The notes under the pieces were generated by a model. It ran no database searches, was not told the DNA's origin, and worked only from the letters and a program-made list of their open reading frames with translations. This document shows, one piece after another, positions 8,567 through 18,481 of a stretch of DNA of 39,662 nt; positions within the stretch are counted from its first letter, which is position 1, and each line of letters begins with the position of its first letter. The stretch is from NCBI GenBank assembly GCA_032161105.1, contig JAVHTD010000026.1. One strand, 5' to 3'. This DNA comes from Candidatus Thermosaccharophagus tengchongensis. GTDB taxonomy: Bacteria > Armatimonadota > Fervidibacteria > Fervidibacterales > Thermosaccharophagaceae. Both the position numbers and the translations under genes were made by a program.

Positions 8567-9259
8567 TTAAAGCAATTGCACCACTTGGCGCATCCTTTGA
8601 ACCTCAACTGCGAACGCTTGCGCATACATTGCGCCAATTTCAATCCCGCGCAGGCGAGCTGTCGCCGAATACCAATCCCAATACGGAAAGCCACCTTCAC
8701 CCCTGCCAATCGCATAGACTTTGAATGCCCTCTCCCAATCCGAAAACACGCCCGTGATGTCAACATAGGTGAACGGCACAAACCCTTCGGCATCCTCCCA
8801 ATTCTCGGCATAGTAGATCCTCGGATACGGCAACGGCTCTAAGCCATCAACCTCAAAGTGCGGGTTTGAGGCGATGAAGATTGCCCTCCGAACAATCTGG
8901 TGTGTTGCTATGTGGTCATCGTGTATGCTAATGCGCCAATGGGTAATCACAACGCTCGGACGCAACCGCCTGATGAGCTTTGCAAGCTCAACAGCTGATT
9001 CATGGCCAACGCTCAACTCGCCATCCCTGAATGGCATGAAGTGCACGGATGCTTTGAGCACCCTCGCAGCCTCCTCAGCCTCCCTTCGCTTTTGAGCGCC
9101 ATACTCACTCGGAGATAGCTTCGCATGCCCCTTCTCACCAAGCGTCATGTGAATGATGTGCACATCCCAACCATTGACGGCGTGCTTGAGCAGCGTTGCG
9201 CCACACATGAACTCAACATCAGCTGCATGAGCGCCGATAGCAACGATGCAATACCTCAT
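8567..9259 (-). CDS. PIG-L/LmbE family deacetylase-like metallohydrolase
   Basis: GAHAAD (HxxD), TLGEKG, RRLRPSVVITH, HDDH, YVDIT. Confidence 0.88.
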   Translation of the reverse strand: MRYCIVAIGAHAADVEFMCGATLLKHAVNGWDVHIIHMTLGEKGHAKLSPSEYGAQKRREAEEAARVLKASVHFMPFRDGELSVGHESAVELAKLIRRLRPSVVITHWRISIHDDHIATHQIVRRAIFIASNPHFEVDGLEPLPYPRIYYAENWEDAEGFVPFTYVDITGVFSDWERAFKVYAIGRGEGGFPYWDWYSATARLRGIEIGAMYAQAFAVEVQRMRQVVQLL

Positions 9260-9327
9260 CACAGTCACTCCAAAAACTCAAATGGCTTAATGCCGAGCAG
9301 CCAAATGTTAGCGCCTTCACCGCACCC

Positions 9328-10368
9328 TCAAGGCGAGCCATATAACACTGCCTGTTCCTTGGGTGGCGCTTTCATTGCGCCGAGGGCTGTGATGACGGCA
9401 GACACCGAGCCAAAGCCGAGACCAATCTTCGTGTTGAGCAAGTCCTTCGGAATGCGTATCCCTGAGCGAGTGAGCAGCGTATGCAACGCTGTGAGCGTCT
9501 TTGGGTTTTTGCGCACAATGCTCATCAGAGTTGCGCCGGCTTTCTTCCAATCGCCGCTGTAAAGCGCCTCAGCCACTGGCATCAATGGCTCAAGGTCATC
9601 AACCAAATCGTCAATCGTGATGGCGATATCCGGTGAGAGCGCCGTCCCAACGACCGCCCTGCTGATGATGTCGGCGATGAGGAAGAAATTGGCGCTACGC
9701 GTTCGTTCAGCGGTCACCGTTAGCTTTGAATTCGGCGACACAACTATCCATCCGATGTAACGCTCACCGTTCGGTCCGAGCACAAACGACTTCGGCAAGT
9801 TGACCTTCCCCATCAACTCGCCCTCTCTCTGGAGCGAAAACTCATACCAAGCTGATGTGCCATTACGCAGGGTGAGCGCTATAAGCAGCGTATCACCTGA
9901 ACCAAAAACTTCATACGCATCAACCTTGATGACGGTGCGCTTCGGAGGCTCAATGCGAAGCTCACAACTAACCCATGTGGCGTAAAGCAAAAAGCGAGTT
10001 TGAGTCGCAGCTCGCACAACTATGGTGGCATCACAGTCTTGACGCTGCACTGGCAGCATCAAACGCTCCGTCTCAAGTGCTGGCGATGCCGATTTAAACT
10101 TGGCTGTCTCAGGTGACTCATCCCGAGAGAGCAGGACAAACAAATCGGCATCGCCATCAATTGGCGTGAGGGTCACATATGTGCGCCTTCCCGAAAGGAG
10201 CTTAAGCGTCACCTGCATGCTTGAACCGGCGTTCAACTCGCCAATCATCGCCGGCTGCGCCAGTGACAACTCTTGAGAGGCACATGGTGGTGAACTCGCT
10301 GCGGCAAAGATAAGCACAAAAAACGCACAGATTGCTGATGGACGCAGCCCCATTGGGCATCCCTTCAC
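9328..10368 (-). CDS. Secreted/membrane hypothetical protein with a PPC-like (pre-peptidase C-terminal) domain
   Basis: Signal-like AICAFFVLIFAAASS; PPC-like TLTPIDGDADLFV; start at GTG 10368 (SD GGGGGTGG) or ATG 10353; the track's 10521 start is probably over-extended. Confidence 0.65.
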   Translation of the reverse strand: MKGCPMGLRPSAICAFFVLIFAAASSPPCASQELSLAQPAMIGELNAGSSMQVTLKLLSGRRTYVTLTPIDGDADLFVLLSRDESPETAKFKSASPALETERLMLPVQRQDCDATIVVRAATQTRFLLYATWVSCELRIEPPKRTVIKVDAYEVFGSGDTLLIALTLRNGTSAWYEFSLQREGELMGKVNLPKSFVLGPNGERYIGWIVVSPNSKLTVTAERTRSANFFLIADIISRAVVGTALSPDIAITIDDLVDDLEPLMPVAEALYSGDWKKAGATLMSIVRKNPKTLTALHTLLTRSGIRIPKDLLNTKIGLGFGSVSAVITALGAMKAPPKEQAVLYGSP

Positions 10369-10763
10369 TTCAACCACCCCCAGAGCGAATTTTAATCCAT
10401 CGCATCTCAACCCACCATGCAGCTGGGCACGATTAAATTTAGGGCTTTCAGAAACGCTGCGCAACATTGAATGGCAAAGCTCAGCCAGCCGAAAACCAAA
10501 GGATCGCCCTATGCACACCAAAATTTTGCCTGTAGCGACCGCGAAGCTTCAGTATATTAGCCTCCACCGCTTGCGGTAAGCTGTTAGCCAAAGGTTCGCC
10601 CTCCATGTGAAATTCCTGCAAATTCAATTTGGCTTAGCTTGCAGCTGTCCGCGATTTGCGCCACGCCGGCACAGTGCACACCATTGACCGCAATAAAATG
10701 AGTGATTGGCGGCGCGCAACTATGCGTCAAGAGCTGAGCGCCAAAGAAGCGCTCGTGAACATC

Positions 10764-12827
10764 ATGGAGAGATTCAAGCTCGTCACCAACTTAAAGCCGA
10801 GGGGTGACCAACCGAAGGCGATAAGGCAACTGGTTGAAGGCGTTAGGAAGGGCTATCGTTATCAAACGCTCGTTGGAGTGACGGGCAGCGGAAAGACATT
10901 CACCATCGCATGCGTGATAGAGCAACTGCAGCGTCCGACGCTGATCATCGCCCACAACAAAACACTCGCAGCGCAGCTCTGCGCGGAGCTTCGCCAACTG
11001 TTCCCATACAACGCTGTTGAATACTTCGTCAGCTTTTACGACTACTACCAGCCAGAGGCATACATCCCGCAGACTGACACATACATTGAAAAGGACTGCT
11101 CAATCAACGACGAGATAGACAGGCTTAGACATGCCGCAACTCAAGCCGTCTCCGAAAGGAGAGATGTCATCGTCGTTGCGAGCGTGTCGTGCATTTATGG
11201 TTTGGGCTCTCCGGAACTCTATCAGGAGATGACATTGCAGCTTCGCCGCGGCGAGAGAATCTCGCGAGACCGCATCATTGAGCGCCTCGTTGACCTTTAC
11301 TTCTCACGCAACGACATATCGCTTGACAGGGGCACATTCAGGGTCAGGGGAGATGTGATTGAGATACACCCGGTTGATGAGGACGCCATAGTGCGGGTTG
11401 ATTTGTTCGGGGACGAGGTTGACGATATCACAATAGTTGATCCTCTGACTGGCGAAGTGATTGAGCGCAAGAACCTGATCATCATCTACCCGGCATCGCA
11501 CTATGTCGCCACGAGGGACAGAATTGAGCGAGCGCTGATTAGCATTGAGCGAGAACTCAACGAGCGCCTGCAATACTTCCTTTCGCAAGGTCGCATACTT
11601 GAAGCGCAGCGCCTTGAACAAAGGGTGCGCTACGATATGGAGATGCTGCGTGAAACGGGTTACTGCACAGGCATTGAGAACTACTCTCGCCACTTTGACG
11701 GCAGGAAGCCGGGAGAGCCACCATACACACTCATTGACTTCTTCCCCGATGATTACTTGCTCATCATTGATGAGTCACACCAAACGATACCACAGCTCAG
11801 AGCGATGTATGAGGGTGACAGGTCTCGCAAATACAACCTCGTTGAGTATGGTTGGAGGTTGCCATCGGCATACGACAACCGCCCGCTCACATTTGAGGAA
11901 TTTGAGCAACGCATCAATCAGGTCATATTCATGTCGGCAACACCGGGACCTTACGAGCTCGAGAAGAGCGAGCAAGTTGTTGAACTCATAGTCCGCCCCA
12001 CCGGCTTGCTTGACCCGGAAGTTGAGGTGCGTTCAACGAAAGGGCAGATTGAGGATCTGCTTGGCGAGATCAGGAAGAGGGTGGAGAAGGGACAAAGGGT
12101 GCTCGTCACAACGCTCACAAAAAAGATTGCCGAAGCACTATCAGCTCACCTGATTGAGTTGGGCGTAAAGGCTCATTATTTGCACTCCGACATTGAAACC
12201 ATAGAGCGAACCGAAATACTGCGTGACCTTCGCGCCGGAAAATATGATGTGCTCATCGGGATCAACTTGCTCCGTGAGGGATTGGACTTGCCCGAGGTTA
12301 GCCTTGTCGCCATATTGGACGCTGATAGGGAGGGCTTCCTTCGCTCCGAAACATCGCTCATTCAAATGATGGGCAGGGCTGCAAGGCATGTTGAAGGGAA
12401 GGTCATCATGTATGCCGACACAATAACGCCGGCAATGCAGCGCGCAATAGATGAAACGATGCGCAGGCGGAAGATACAGGAAGAATACAACCGCAAGCAC
12501 GGCATCACGCCACAGAGCATCCAAAAGGCGATTTATGACTACATCATACTCCCACACCAGGTTGCCGAAAAGCGCGCCGAGTATGTTCCGGCATCCCCGC
12601 ACATACCCCTTGATGAATTGCCGATAAAAATTGAGGAGCTCGAAAGGGAGATGCGCAAGGCTGCTGAGAGGTTGGAATTTGAGCGTGCAGCTGAGCTGCG
12701 CGATGAGATAAAGCGCCTAAGGGCAATACTGCTCGGGCAGACAATGCCGCAGGAAGTATGCCAAGGCGAAACACACAGTCCGCCAACGGCAAAGGGGAGA
12801 CGCTCACACAGCAAAGCGAAGAAGTGA
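10764..12827 (+). CDS. uvrB: Excinuclease ABC subunit B
   Basis: [52 protein letters not shown]-terminal FERAAELRD; start could be ATG 10722. Confidence 0.98.
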   Translation: MERFKLVTNLKPRGDQPKAIRQLVEGVRKGYRYQTLVGVTGSGKTFTIACVIEQLQRPTLIIAHNKTLAAQLCAELRQLFPYNAVEYFVSFYDYYQPEAYIPQTDTYIEKDCSINDEIDRLRHAATQAVSERRDVIVVASVSCIYGLGSPELYQEMTLQLRRGERISRDRIIERLVDLYFSRNDISLDRGTFRVRGDVIEIHPVDEDAIVRVDLFGDEVDDITIVDPLTGEVIERKNLIIIYPASHYVATRDRIERALISIERELNERLQYFLSQGRILEAQRLEQRVRYDMEMLRETGYCTGIENYSRHFDGRKPGEPPYTLIDFFPDDYLLIIDESHQTIPQLRAMYEGDRSRKYNLVEYGWRLPSAYDNRPLTFEEFEQRINQVIFMSATPGPYELEKSEQVVELIVRPTGLLDPEVEVRSTKGQIEDLLGEIRKRVEKGQRVLVTTLTKKIAEALSAHLIELGVKAHYLHSDIETIERTEILRDLRAGKYDVLIGINLLREGLDLPEVSLVAILDADREGFLRSETSLIQMMGRAARHVEGKVIMYADTITPAMQRAIDETMRRRKIQEEYNRKHGITPQSIQKAIYDYIILPHQVAEKRAEYVPASPHIPLDELPIKIEELEREMRKAAERLEFERAAELRDEIKRLRAILLGQTMPQEVCQGETHSPPTAKGRRSHSKAKK

Positions 12828-12958
12828 ACGGCACCAACTGCCATCAGCAGCATCACCTTCAATGCGGCGATGCCGACAAACGGTTTTGCTCACCAGCATG
12901 GCAAGTTTGAATTACCGCCCCAAACGGGCTGGCAAATGCGACGGGACTGCAAAGAGCG

Positions 12959-13540
12959 TTAAGGCTCAATCTTTGTCCCGAGCAATTTCAGGAATTCAGC
13001 GAGCCACTTTGGATGTGCTGGCCATGCTGGCGCTGTGACGATGTTGCCATCAACTACAGCATCATCAAAGGCGACCTCCACAAACTCACCGCCCGAGCTT
13101 TTGACCTCCGGAGCCACTGCCGGATATGCGGTGCACCTTCTCCCTTTCACGACACCAGCTGCAGTGAGCACTTGAATGCCATGACATATTGCAGCTATCG
13201 GCTTATTGGCTTCGGCGAATTGGCGCACAATCTCAATCACGCGCTCATTCAGGCGAATGTATTCCGGAGCTCTACCGCCCGGTATGACGAGCGCGTCGTA
13301 ATCCTGCGGATTGATTTCATCAAATGTTGCGTTCAGGGTAAAGTCATGCCCTCGCTTTTCACTGTATGTTTGGTCACCCTCAAAGTCGTGAACGGCGGTG
13401 CGCACCTTCTCACCGAAGCGCTTCCCCGGACAAACCGCATGGACGACATGCCCGACCATCTGAAGCGCTTGAAATGGAACCATAGCCTCATAATCCTCAA
13501 CATAGTCGCCAACGAGCATAAGCACCCTCTTTGCTGCCAT
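12959..13540 (-). CDS. DJ-1/PfpI family protein (glyoxalase III/deglycase or cysteine peptidase)
   Basis: [22 protein letters not shown] nucleophile elbow, TAPAWP. Confidence 0.92.
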   Translation of the reverse strand: MAAKRVLMLVGDYVEDYEAMVPFQALQMVGHVVHAVCPGKRFGEKVRTAVHDFEGDQTYSEKRGHDFTLNATFDEINPQDYDALVIPGGRAPEYIRLNERVIEIVRQFAEANKPIAAICHGIQVLTAAGVVKGRRCTAYPAVAPEVKSSGGEFVEVAFDDAVVDGNIVTAPAWPAHPKWLAEFLKLLGTKIEP

Positions 13541-13705
13541 GTCATCATCACCCCCGCTGCATTTTCACCATGTGCCTACGAACCATGTTACACTCATTGA
13601 GCGATGGCGTCAATAGCTTTGCCGCCGCGCAATTCTCTTTAATGCGCATAGAAAGCGCACATTGCGACTCGCCCAATGTTGAGGGCGGTTGAAGGGGTGG
13701 ATGAG

Positions 13706-14374
13706 GTGACAGCGAAAGCGGCGTTGTGCATCCGCACAAGGAAGCAACTTGAGCGGGTAATGTCGGAGTTGAGCGCTATCAGCTGCAAAAGCATTGTCGG
13801 AGTTGATGAAGCTGGAAGAGGTCCAATAGCAGGTCCTGTTGTTGCCGCCGCAGTTTGCTTGCCGGAGGACTTTTCAGCATTGCATGAGCTTCGTGACTCA
13901 AAGGTGTTGACGGAGGGCGAAAGGCTGCGCCTTTACAAGCTGTTGCGAAAAGAGGCTATCATCGGCATAGGCATGGCATCGCCGAAGGAAATTGACAGGC
14001 TGAACATACAAAGGGCAACGCTGCTCGCGATGAAGAGGGCAATTCAGCGGCTAAAAATTGAACCAGATGCCTTGCTCATAGACGGACCGCCGTTGGGTGA
14101 ACTGCCTTACAACTGCATTTGGGTCATTGACGGCGATGCCATGTGCCCACCAATATCAGCTGCAAGTATTGTCGCAAAGGTTGTGCGCGATAGATTGATG
14201 ATTCGCGCTCATAAGCTCTACCCGCAATATGGTTTTGATGCTCACAAGGGTTATGCTACACAGCTACACAAGCGCATGTTGATTGAGCATGGACCGTGCC
14301 CAATACACCGCCTTTCATTTGCGCCAGTCAGAATGGCTCTTGTTCCCAAGCTGCCCTGTGAGGGTGCAGAGTAA
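13706..14374 (+). CDS. rnhB: Ribonuclease HII
   Basis: GVDEAGRGPIAGPVVAAAV, DSK, LIDG, ISAASIVAKVVRD, HKGY, IHRLSF; GTG 13706 follows SD GGGGTGG (alternative ATG 13760). Confidence 0.96.
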   Translation: MTAKAALCIRTRKQLERVMSELSAISCKSIVGVDEAGRGPIAGPVVAAAVCLPEDFSALHELRDSKVLTEGERLRLYKLLRKEAIIGIGMASPKEIDRLNIQRATLLAMKRAIQRLKIEPDALLIDGPPLGELPYNCIWVIDGDAMCPPISAASIVAKVVRDRLMIRAHKLYPQYGFDAHKGYATQLHKRMLIEHGPCPIHRLSFAPVRMALVPKLPCEGAE

Positions 14375-14465
14375 CTTCAAAAGCGCACTGAGCGTGACAA
14401 CCGAAGGATCGCAAAGCAATGGTTTCCCGCAAAGAGGAGTGTTTGCGTGAGCGTGGTGAGTTCAA

Positions 14466-16466
14466 TTGGCACGCGCTGATGAAACCGCAAAGCTTATTGA
14501 GGTTGAGCGTCAAACGAAAATGACAAGAATCTCCCCAATCACCATCCCCATCGGATTAGCCCTTACTTACGGGGCAATTTGGATTGTCGCCTATTCCGAA
14601 CTCGTGGTCAAACAGATACAAATTGCCATCTGCCAGTTCTCGCCGATAGCGCTCGGGATGACATTCATTGTGGCAGTTGCCAATCACATTCTCAGCGGCT
14701 TGCTTCGCCGCACAGTGCTCAAGCCGAGCGACATCATCACCATTTATGTCATGGTTGCGATAGGCACGATGATAGCATCTCGTGGGCTGATGGAAAAGCT
14801 CATCCCAGTGATGGTCGCAATCAACTATTACGCCACACCGGAGAACAGATGGGTTGAGACATTCTACCCCCACATAAAGCCGTGGCTTGTTCCGTTTGAC
14901 CCATCCGGGCTTGAGAAACAACCAGTCGCACGCTACTTCTACGAGGGCATAAAGGGCGGGGCAATACCATGGGTGGATTGGATTCCACCGCTGCTCTGTT
15001 GGAGTATCATCGTGCTCGCCGTCTATTGCGCATTCTTATGCATGGCTACATTGCTGAGGCGACAATGGGTTGACAACGAGAAGTTGACATTCCCGTTAAC
15101 CCAGCCGCCAATGCAACTCGCTGAGGCAGGCTCATTTCGCTCGTTCGCGGCGAGTCGGCTGGCTTGGATTGGGTTTCTCCTACCGACATTCATCTTCACC
15201 ATCAACGGCTTGCATACAATTTATCCAACGATTCCGGAGATCAGGCTACAGCACAACTTAAACCAATACTTCACACAGCGCCCATGGAATGCGATGCCGT
15301 TTACGACGGTTTATGGTTCACTCGCCGCTATAGGCTTCGGTTACTTCCTGCCAACACAACTCCTATTTAGCCTGTGGGTGTTTTTCTGGGTAGCGCGCCT
15401 TCAAAGTGTTTTGATGGCGTGGCTCGGTCTTTATGTTGAGGCTATGCCGCTATATCCCACGCACCTTCACATGGGCTATCAAGTCGCTGGAGCATACATT
15501 GTCCTGACAGCCTTCATGCTCAGGTCCGCCCTCCCGCATCTAAAGCGGGTTGCTTTGCACAGCCTCGGCGTCAGCAGTGAAAGGACGATAGGAGGCGAAG
15601 ATGAACTTCTCCCTGTAGGGGTTGCATTCTGGGGATTGGTGATCTCCTTCACTGTGGCAGTCCTGTGGAGTTGGCTTGCCGGAATGAGCCTGTGGTTCGC
15701 ATTTGTTGAGATGGTCATTTACATCTTCGTAGTTGTGCTTGTGATGGCGAGAAGCGTCTCTGAAGCCGGGTTGATGATGACCGAGACATCATTCCGACCG
15801 ATTGACATAGTCCAGCTCTTCATCCCGGCGAGACGGCTTGAAGCGAAGAACTTGACCCCCATGTGCTTCCTTGACGCTGTCTTCACGAGAGACCTTCGCG
15901 GCTTACTCCTGACACCAATACTTGATGCGCTCAAGATGGCTGATTCACTCAAGTTTGCACGGAGGGCTCTGCTAATGCCAATCATCGTCACGATTCTGTT
16001 TGCACTTGTCGCAGCATGTCACATTGAGTTGTTGCTGCCATACAAATACGGTGCTGTGAACATGTATAGCTACGCATACTGGGGGAATTGCATCTGGGGC
16101 TTCGGGCACGCAATGAGCGTCTTGCAATCACCGGAGCGATTCCCATACTACCACCGAACATCATTTGCCATTGGTATCGCCGTTACGCTCTTCCTTTCGT
16201 TCATGCGCTCAAGATACTGGTGGTGGTCACTGTATCCATTGGGATACGCATTGAGCGCATCTTGGACAATGATCGTGTTTTGGTTTCCGGTCATGATGGC
16301 ATGGGCTATAAAGAGCCTGATATTGCGCTATGGTGGCATGGTGGCTTACATGCGCCTTCGCCCGCTATTCATCGGGCTCATATTCGGGGAGTTCTTCATG
16401 GCGATAGTTTGGGCAGTTTATGCGATGGTGACGAGGAAGACGGCGCCCTTCTTCCCATGGCCATAG
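14466..16466 (+). CDS. DUF6785/DUF6784-type polytopic membrane protein (putative OPT-like transporter)
   Basis: Many TM segments; IPWVDWIPP, LLRRQWVDNEKLTFPL, AR..SEAG, WWSLYPLGY, KSLILRYGG, RPLFIGLIFGE resemble this family. Confidence 0.75.
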   Translation: MARADETAKLIEVERQTKMTRISPITIPIGLALTYGAIWIVAYSELVVKQIQIAICQFSPIALGMTFIVAVANHILSGLLRRTVLKPSDIITIYVMVAIGTMIASRGLMEKLIPVMVAINYYATPENRWVETFYPHIKPWLVPFDPSGLEKQPVARYFYEGIKGGAIPWVDWIPPLLCWSIIVLAVYCAFLCMATLLRRQWVDNEKLTFPLTQPPMQLAEAGSFRSFAASRLAWIGFLLPTFIFTINGLHTIYPTIPEIRLQHNLNQYFTQRPWNAMPFTTVYGSLAAIGFGYFLPTQLLFSLWVFFWVARLQSVLMAWLGLYVEAMPLYPTHLHMGYQVAGAYIVLTAFMLRSALPHLKRVALHSLGVSSERTIGGEDELLPVGVAFWGLVISFTVAVLWSWLAGMSLWFAFVEMVIYIFVVVLVMARSVSEAGLMMTETSFRPIDIVQLFIPARRLEAKNLTPMCFLDAVFTRDLRGLLLTPILDALKMADSLKFARRALLMPIIVTILFALVAACHIELLLPYKYGAVNMYSYAYWGNCIWGFGHAMSVLQSPERFPYYHRTSFAIGIAVTLFLSFMRSRYWWWSLYPLGYALSASWTMIVFWFPVMMAWAIKSLILRYGGMVAYMRLRPLFIGLIFGEFFMAIVWAVYAMVTRKTAPFFPWP

Positions 16467-16537
16467 CCAAAGCGGCGCACACCATTTTGGCTTTATTTTG
16501 GCTTTCAGCGCACGGCTTTGACCGGCGGAGCAACACA

Positions 16538-17671
16538 TCAATCCGTTAGAGCCTCAACATCAATTGGGTAGCGGCCTATCTCCTTGGCATACTCAACTGC
16601 TTTGACGAGCGTATCGGGGTTAACACCGATGTAGGTTTCGCCACCGACAGCGAGCGCGAATCCGCCGCCGGGTGCGCCAATTCGTATTGCGCGCCTTATC
16701 GCCGGCTTGGCATGCTCAATGTCGTAATACAAATCCTTGCAGTTCAATCCGCCGCTGAAGAACACCTTACCGGCAAATGCCCTTTTGGCATTCGCCACAT
16801 CGCTGAAGCCACCAATGTCCATCGCCGTCAACTTCATGATGTTTGCATATGTGTCAAAGTGGTGATCGTTCGGACCGTCGGCATGTAAGTAACGCCCGTT
16901 GATCCCGTAGCGTGCATATATGAGCATGTTGTATGGCATCACATGCATGCGATACATCTCATCGGAAATGAATGCCGAATGGTCATCCGCAAGCCCAATG
17001 GAAGTTGTCTTAACCCCGAAGTATCTATCAGCGAAGTCGCGCAACATGAAGAAAGCGCGCAGCAGCTTCTCAAACAGGCGATGGACGAGCTGCGGCTCAT
17101 CAACCAGATATGTGAACACCTCTTGCGGCTCAATTATCCCGCAAGCTGCCGAGAGTGGCGGATGAATTGTCAACACGCCACTCACCGGCATCTTTATACC
17201 GAGCTTCTCAACTCGCCCCTTGAGCCTTTCATACCTGCGGTAGTATTCAAGCACACCGCGATGCTCGCTTGGGTCTACGAGCTTCAATTTTTCAACAGCC
17301 TCGGGGAGGCTCATGGTGCGCACAATCCACGGCGGCGAGTCCTCAGGCTGCTCTATCGGCAGGTCAAAGTAAACGGCTTCGGCAACAACGCCAATGTCAA
17401 GGTTTATACCGTAACCAGTTCGGTCATCGCGCAGTTCCTCAAACGCCCACTTCTGTCCCCTCACCTGAACTTCAATTTGCACATCCAAGTCCTCGTAGTA
17501 GTCGCGCAGCTTGACACCGAACATCTTGCAATAGAATGGGCCGGCAACGCTTATCGTTATCGGCACCCTATCTGGCTCGCGAAACTCCCTTGCTATGCTC
17601 AAACGCCTGCGCGCATCCTCAATCTGGCTCTGATACCGTTGTGGGTCAAATTCAACTTCGCTAACTCCCAT
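16538..17671 (-). CDS. Uroporphyrinogen decarboxylase (URO-D/MtaA-CmuA) superfamily protein, function unknown
   Basis: EPDRVPI, LADD..AFIS..MYR..VMPY, LHADG, GKVFFSGGL, GAPGGGFAL. Confidence 0.8.
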   Translation of the reverse strand: MGVSEVEFDPQRYQSQIEDARRRLSIAREFREPDRVPITISVAGPFYCKMFGVKLRDYYEDLDVQIEVQVRGQKWAFEELRDDRTGYGINLDIGVVAEAVYFDLPIEQPEDSPPWIVRTMSLPEAVEKLKLVDPSEHRGVLEYYRRYERLKGRVEKLGIKMPVSGVLTIHPPLSAACGIIEPQEVFTYLVDEPQLVHRLFEKLLRAFFMLRDFADRYFGVKTTSIGLADDHSAFISDEMYRMHVMPYNMLIYARYGINGRYLHADGPNDHHFDTYANIMKLTAMDIGGFSDVANAKRAFAGKVFFSGGLNCKDLYYDIEHAKPAIRRAIRIGAPGGGFALAVGGETYIGVNPDTLVKAVEYAKEIGRYPIDVEALTD

Positions 17672-17711
17672 CGCCACCGCTCCTCAGCTGAGTGATTATG
17701 CGCTCGCAAAA

Positions 17712-18476
17712 TCACTCAAGCTTTTTGGCTGCCCACAGCAATGAGCGCTTTAGGAGCTGCCTATACGATGGATGGCGATATGTTTCGGGTCCGTGCCCAA
17801 GCTGAATATACACAACCCCCGCCTTACCATATTCGTTTGTCCATGCGATGGATGGCTCGTTCTTCGGGCAGTCGGTAGTGAGCAACATCCTCACCTTCGG
17901 GCTCACCCAATAACCCTTGTAGGTTTCATCAACCACCTCAAAGTCACTCATGCCGCTCGTTATCGGGTGCTCCTTATCGGCAACCTTGATGTTCATCTTT
18001 ACGCCAAAGGCGACTTGCGCCCTTTCCCTCTGCTTTCCATCCGGATCTATGCCCGGCGAAAGGAAGTAGCGTGCACCAATGATGCGCCAATACTCATCCC
18101 AATTCTGATAAGACGCTATCGCATGATGAATCACAACAAGCCCGACGATGCCCTCCTTGAGCGCACGCACCATTGATTCCTTTTGCTCGTTTGTGATCTG
18201 CTGCCACATGTCGTAAAGGACGACAACATCATATCGCTTCAACTCCTCGTATTTGCACCACAGTTCGTTAGCCTTCGGCTGCTGAACTTCTTCCCACTCA
18301 ACATCACCGAGCGCATCAAACATTCCGAAGAACTCCTTCCTGTCAAAGTCGTGCCCACCGGTGAATATCACGACCTTAACCCTTTGCTCGCTGCCTGTGC
18401 CCGCCATTGAGGCTGACAACGCTGCAAGCGAGACAGCTGCGCACGATGCTATGGCAACTATGCTCCCAATACGCAT
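17712..18476 (-). CDS. Secreted ThuA-like (class I glutamine amidotransferase-like) domain protein
   Basis: Signal peptide; TGGHDF, GLVVIHHA, HPITSGM..F...DETY, AWTNEYGK, YIQLGH; start adjacent to dprA stop. Confidence 0.82.
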   Translation of the reverse strand: MRIGSIVAIASCAAVSLAALSASMAGTGSEQRVKVVIFTGGHDFDRKEFFGMFDALGDVEWEEVQQPKANELWCKYEELKRYDVVVLYDMWQQITNEQKESMVRALKEGIVGLVVIHHAIASYQNWDEYWRIIGARYFLSPGIDPDGKQRERAQVAFGVKMNIKVADKEHPITSGMSDFEVVDETYKGYWVSPKVRMLLTTDCPKNEPSIAWTNEYGKAGVVYIQLGHGPETYRHPSYRQLLKRSLLWAAKKLE

Positions 18477-18481
18477 GCACC

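Noticed and set aside
10369..10763. Long intergenic region upstream of uvrB: LexA box or ncRNA
   Set aside because: No GAAC-N4-GTTC or CTGT-N8-ACAG site and no strong stem seen; only a TAAAAT -10-like hexamer at 10694
16943..17695. 250-aa plus-strand ORF
   Set aside because: Antisense to the URO-D-like gene; no SD or recognisable motif
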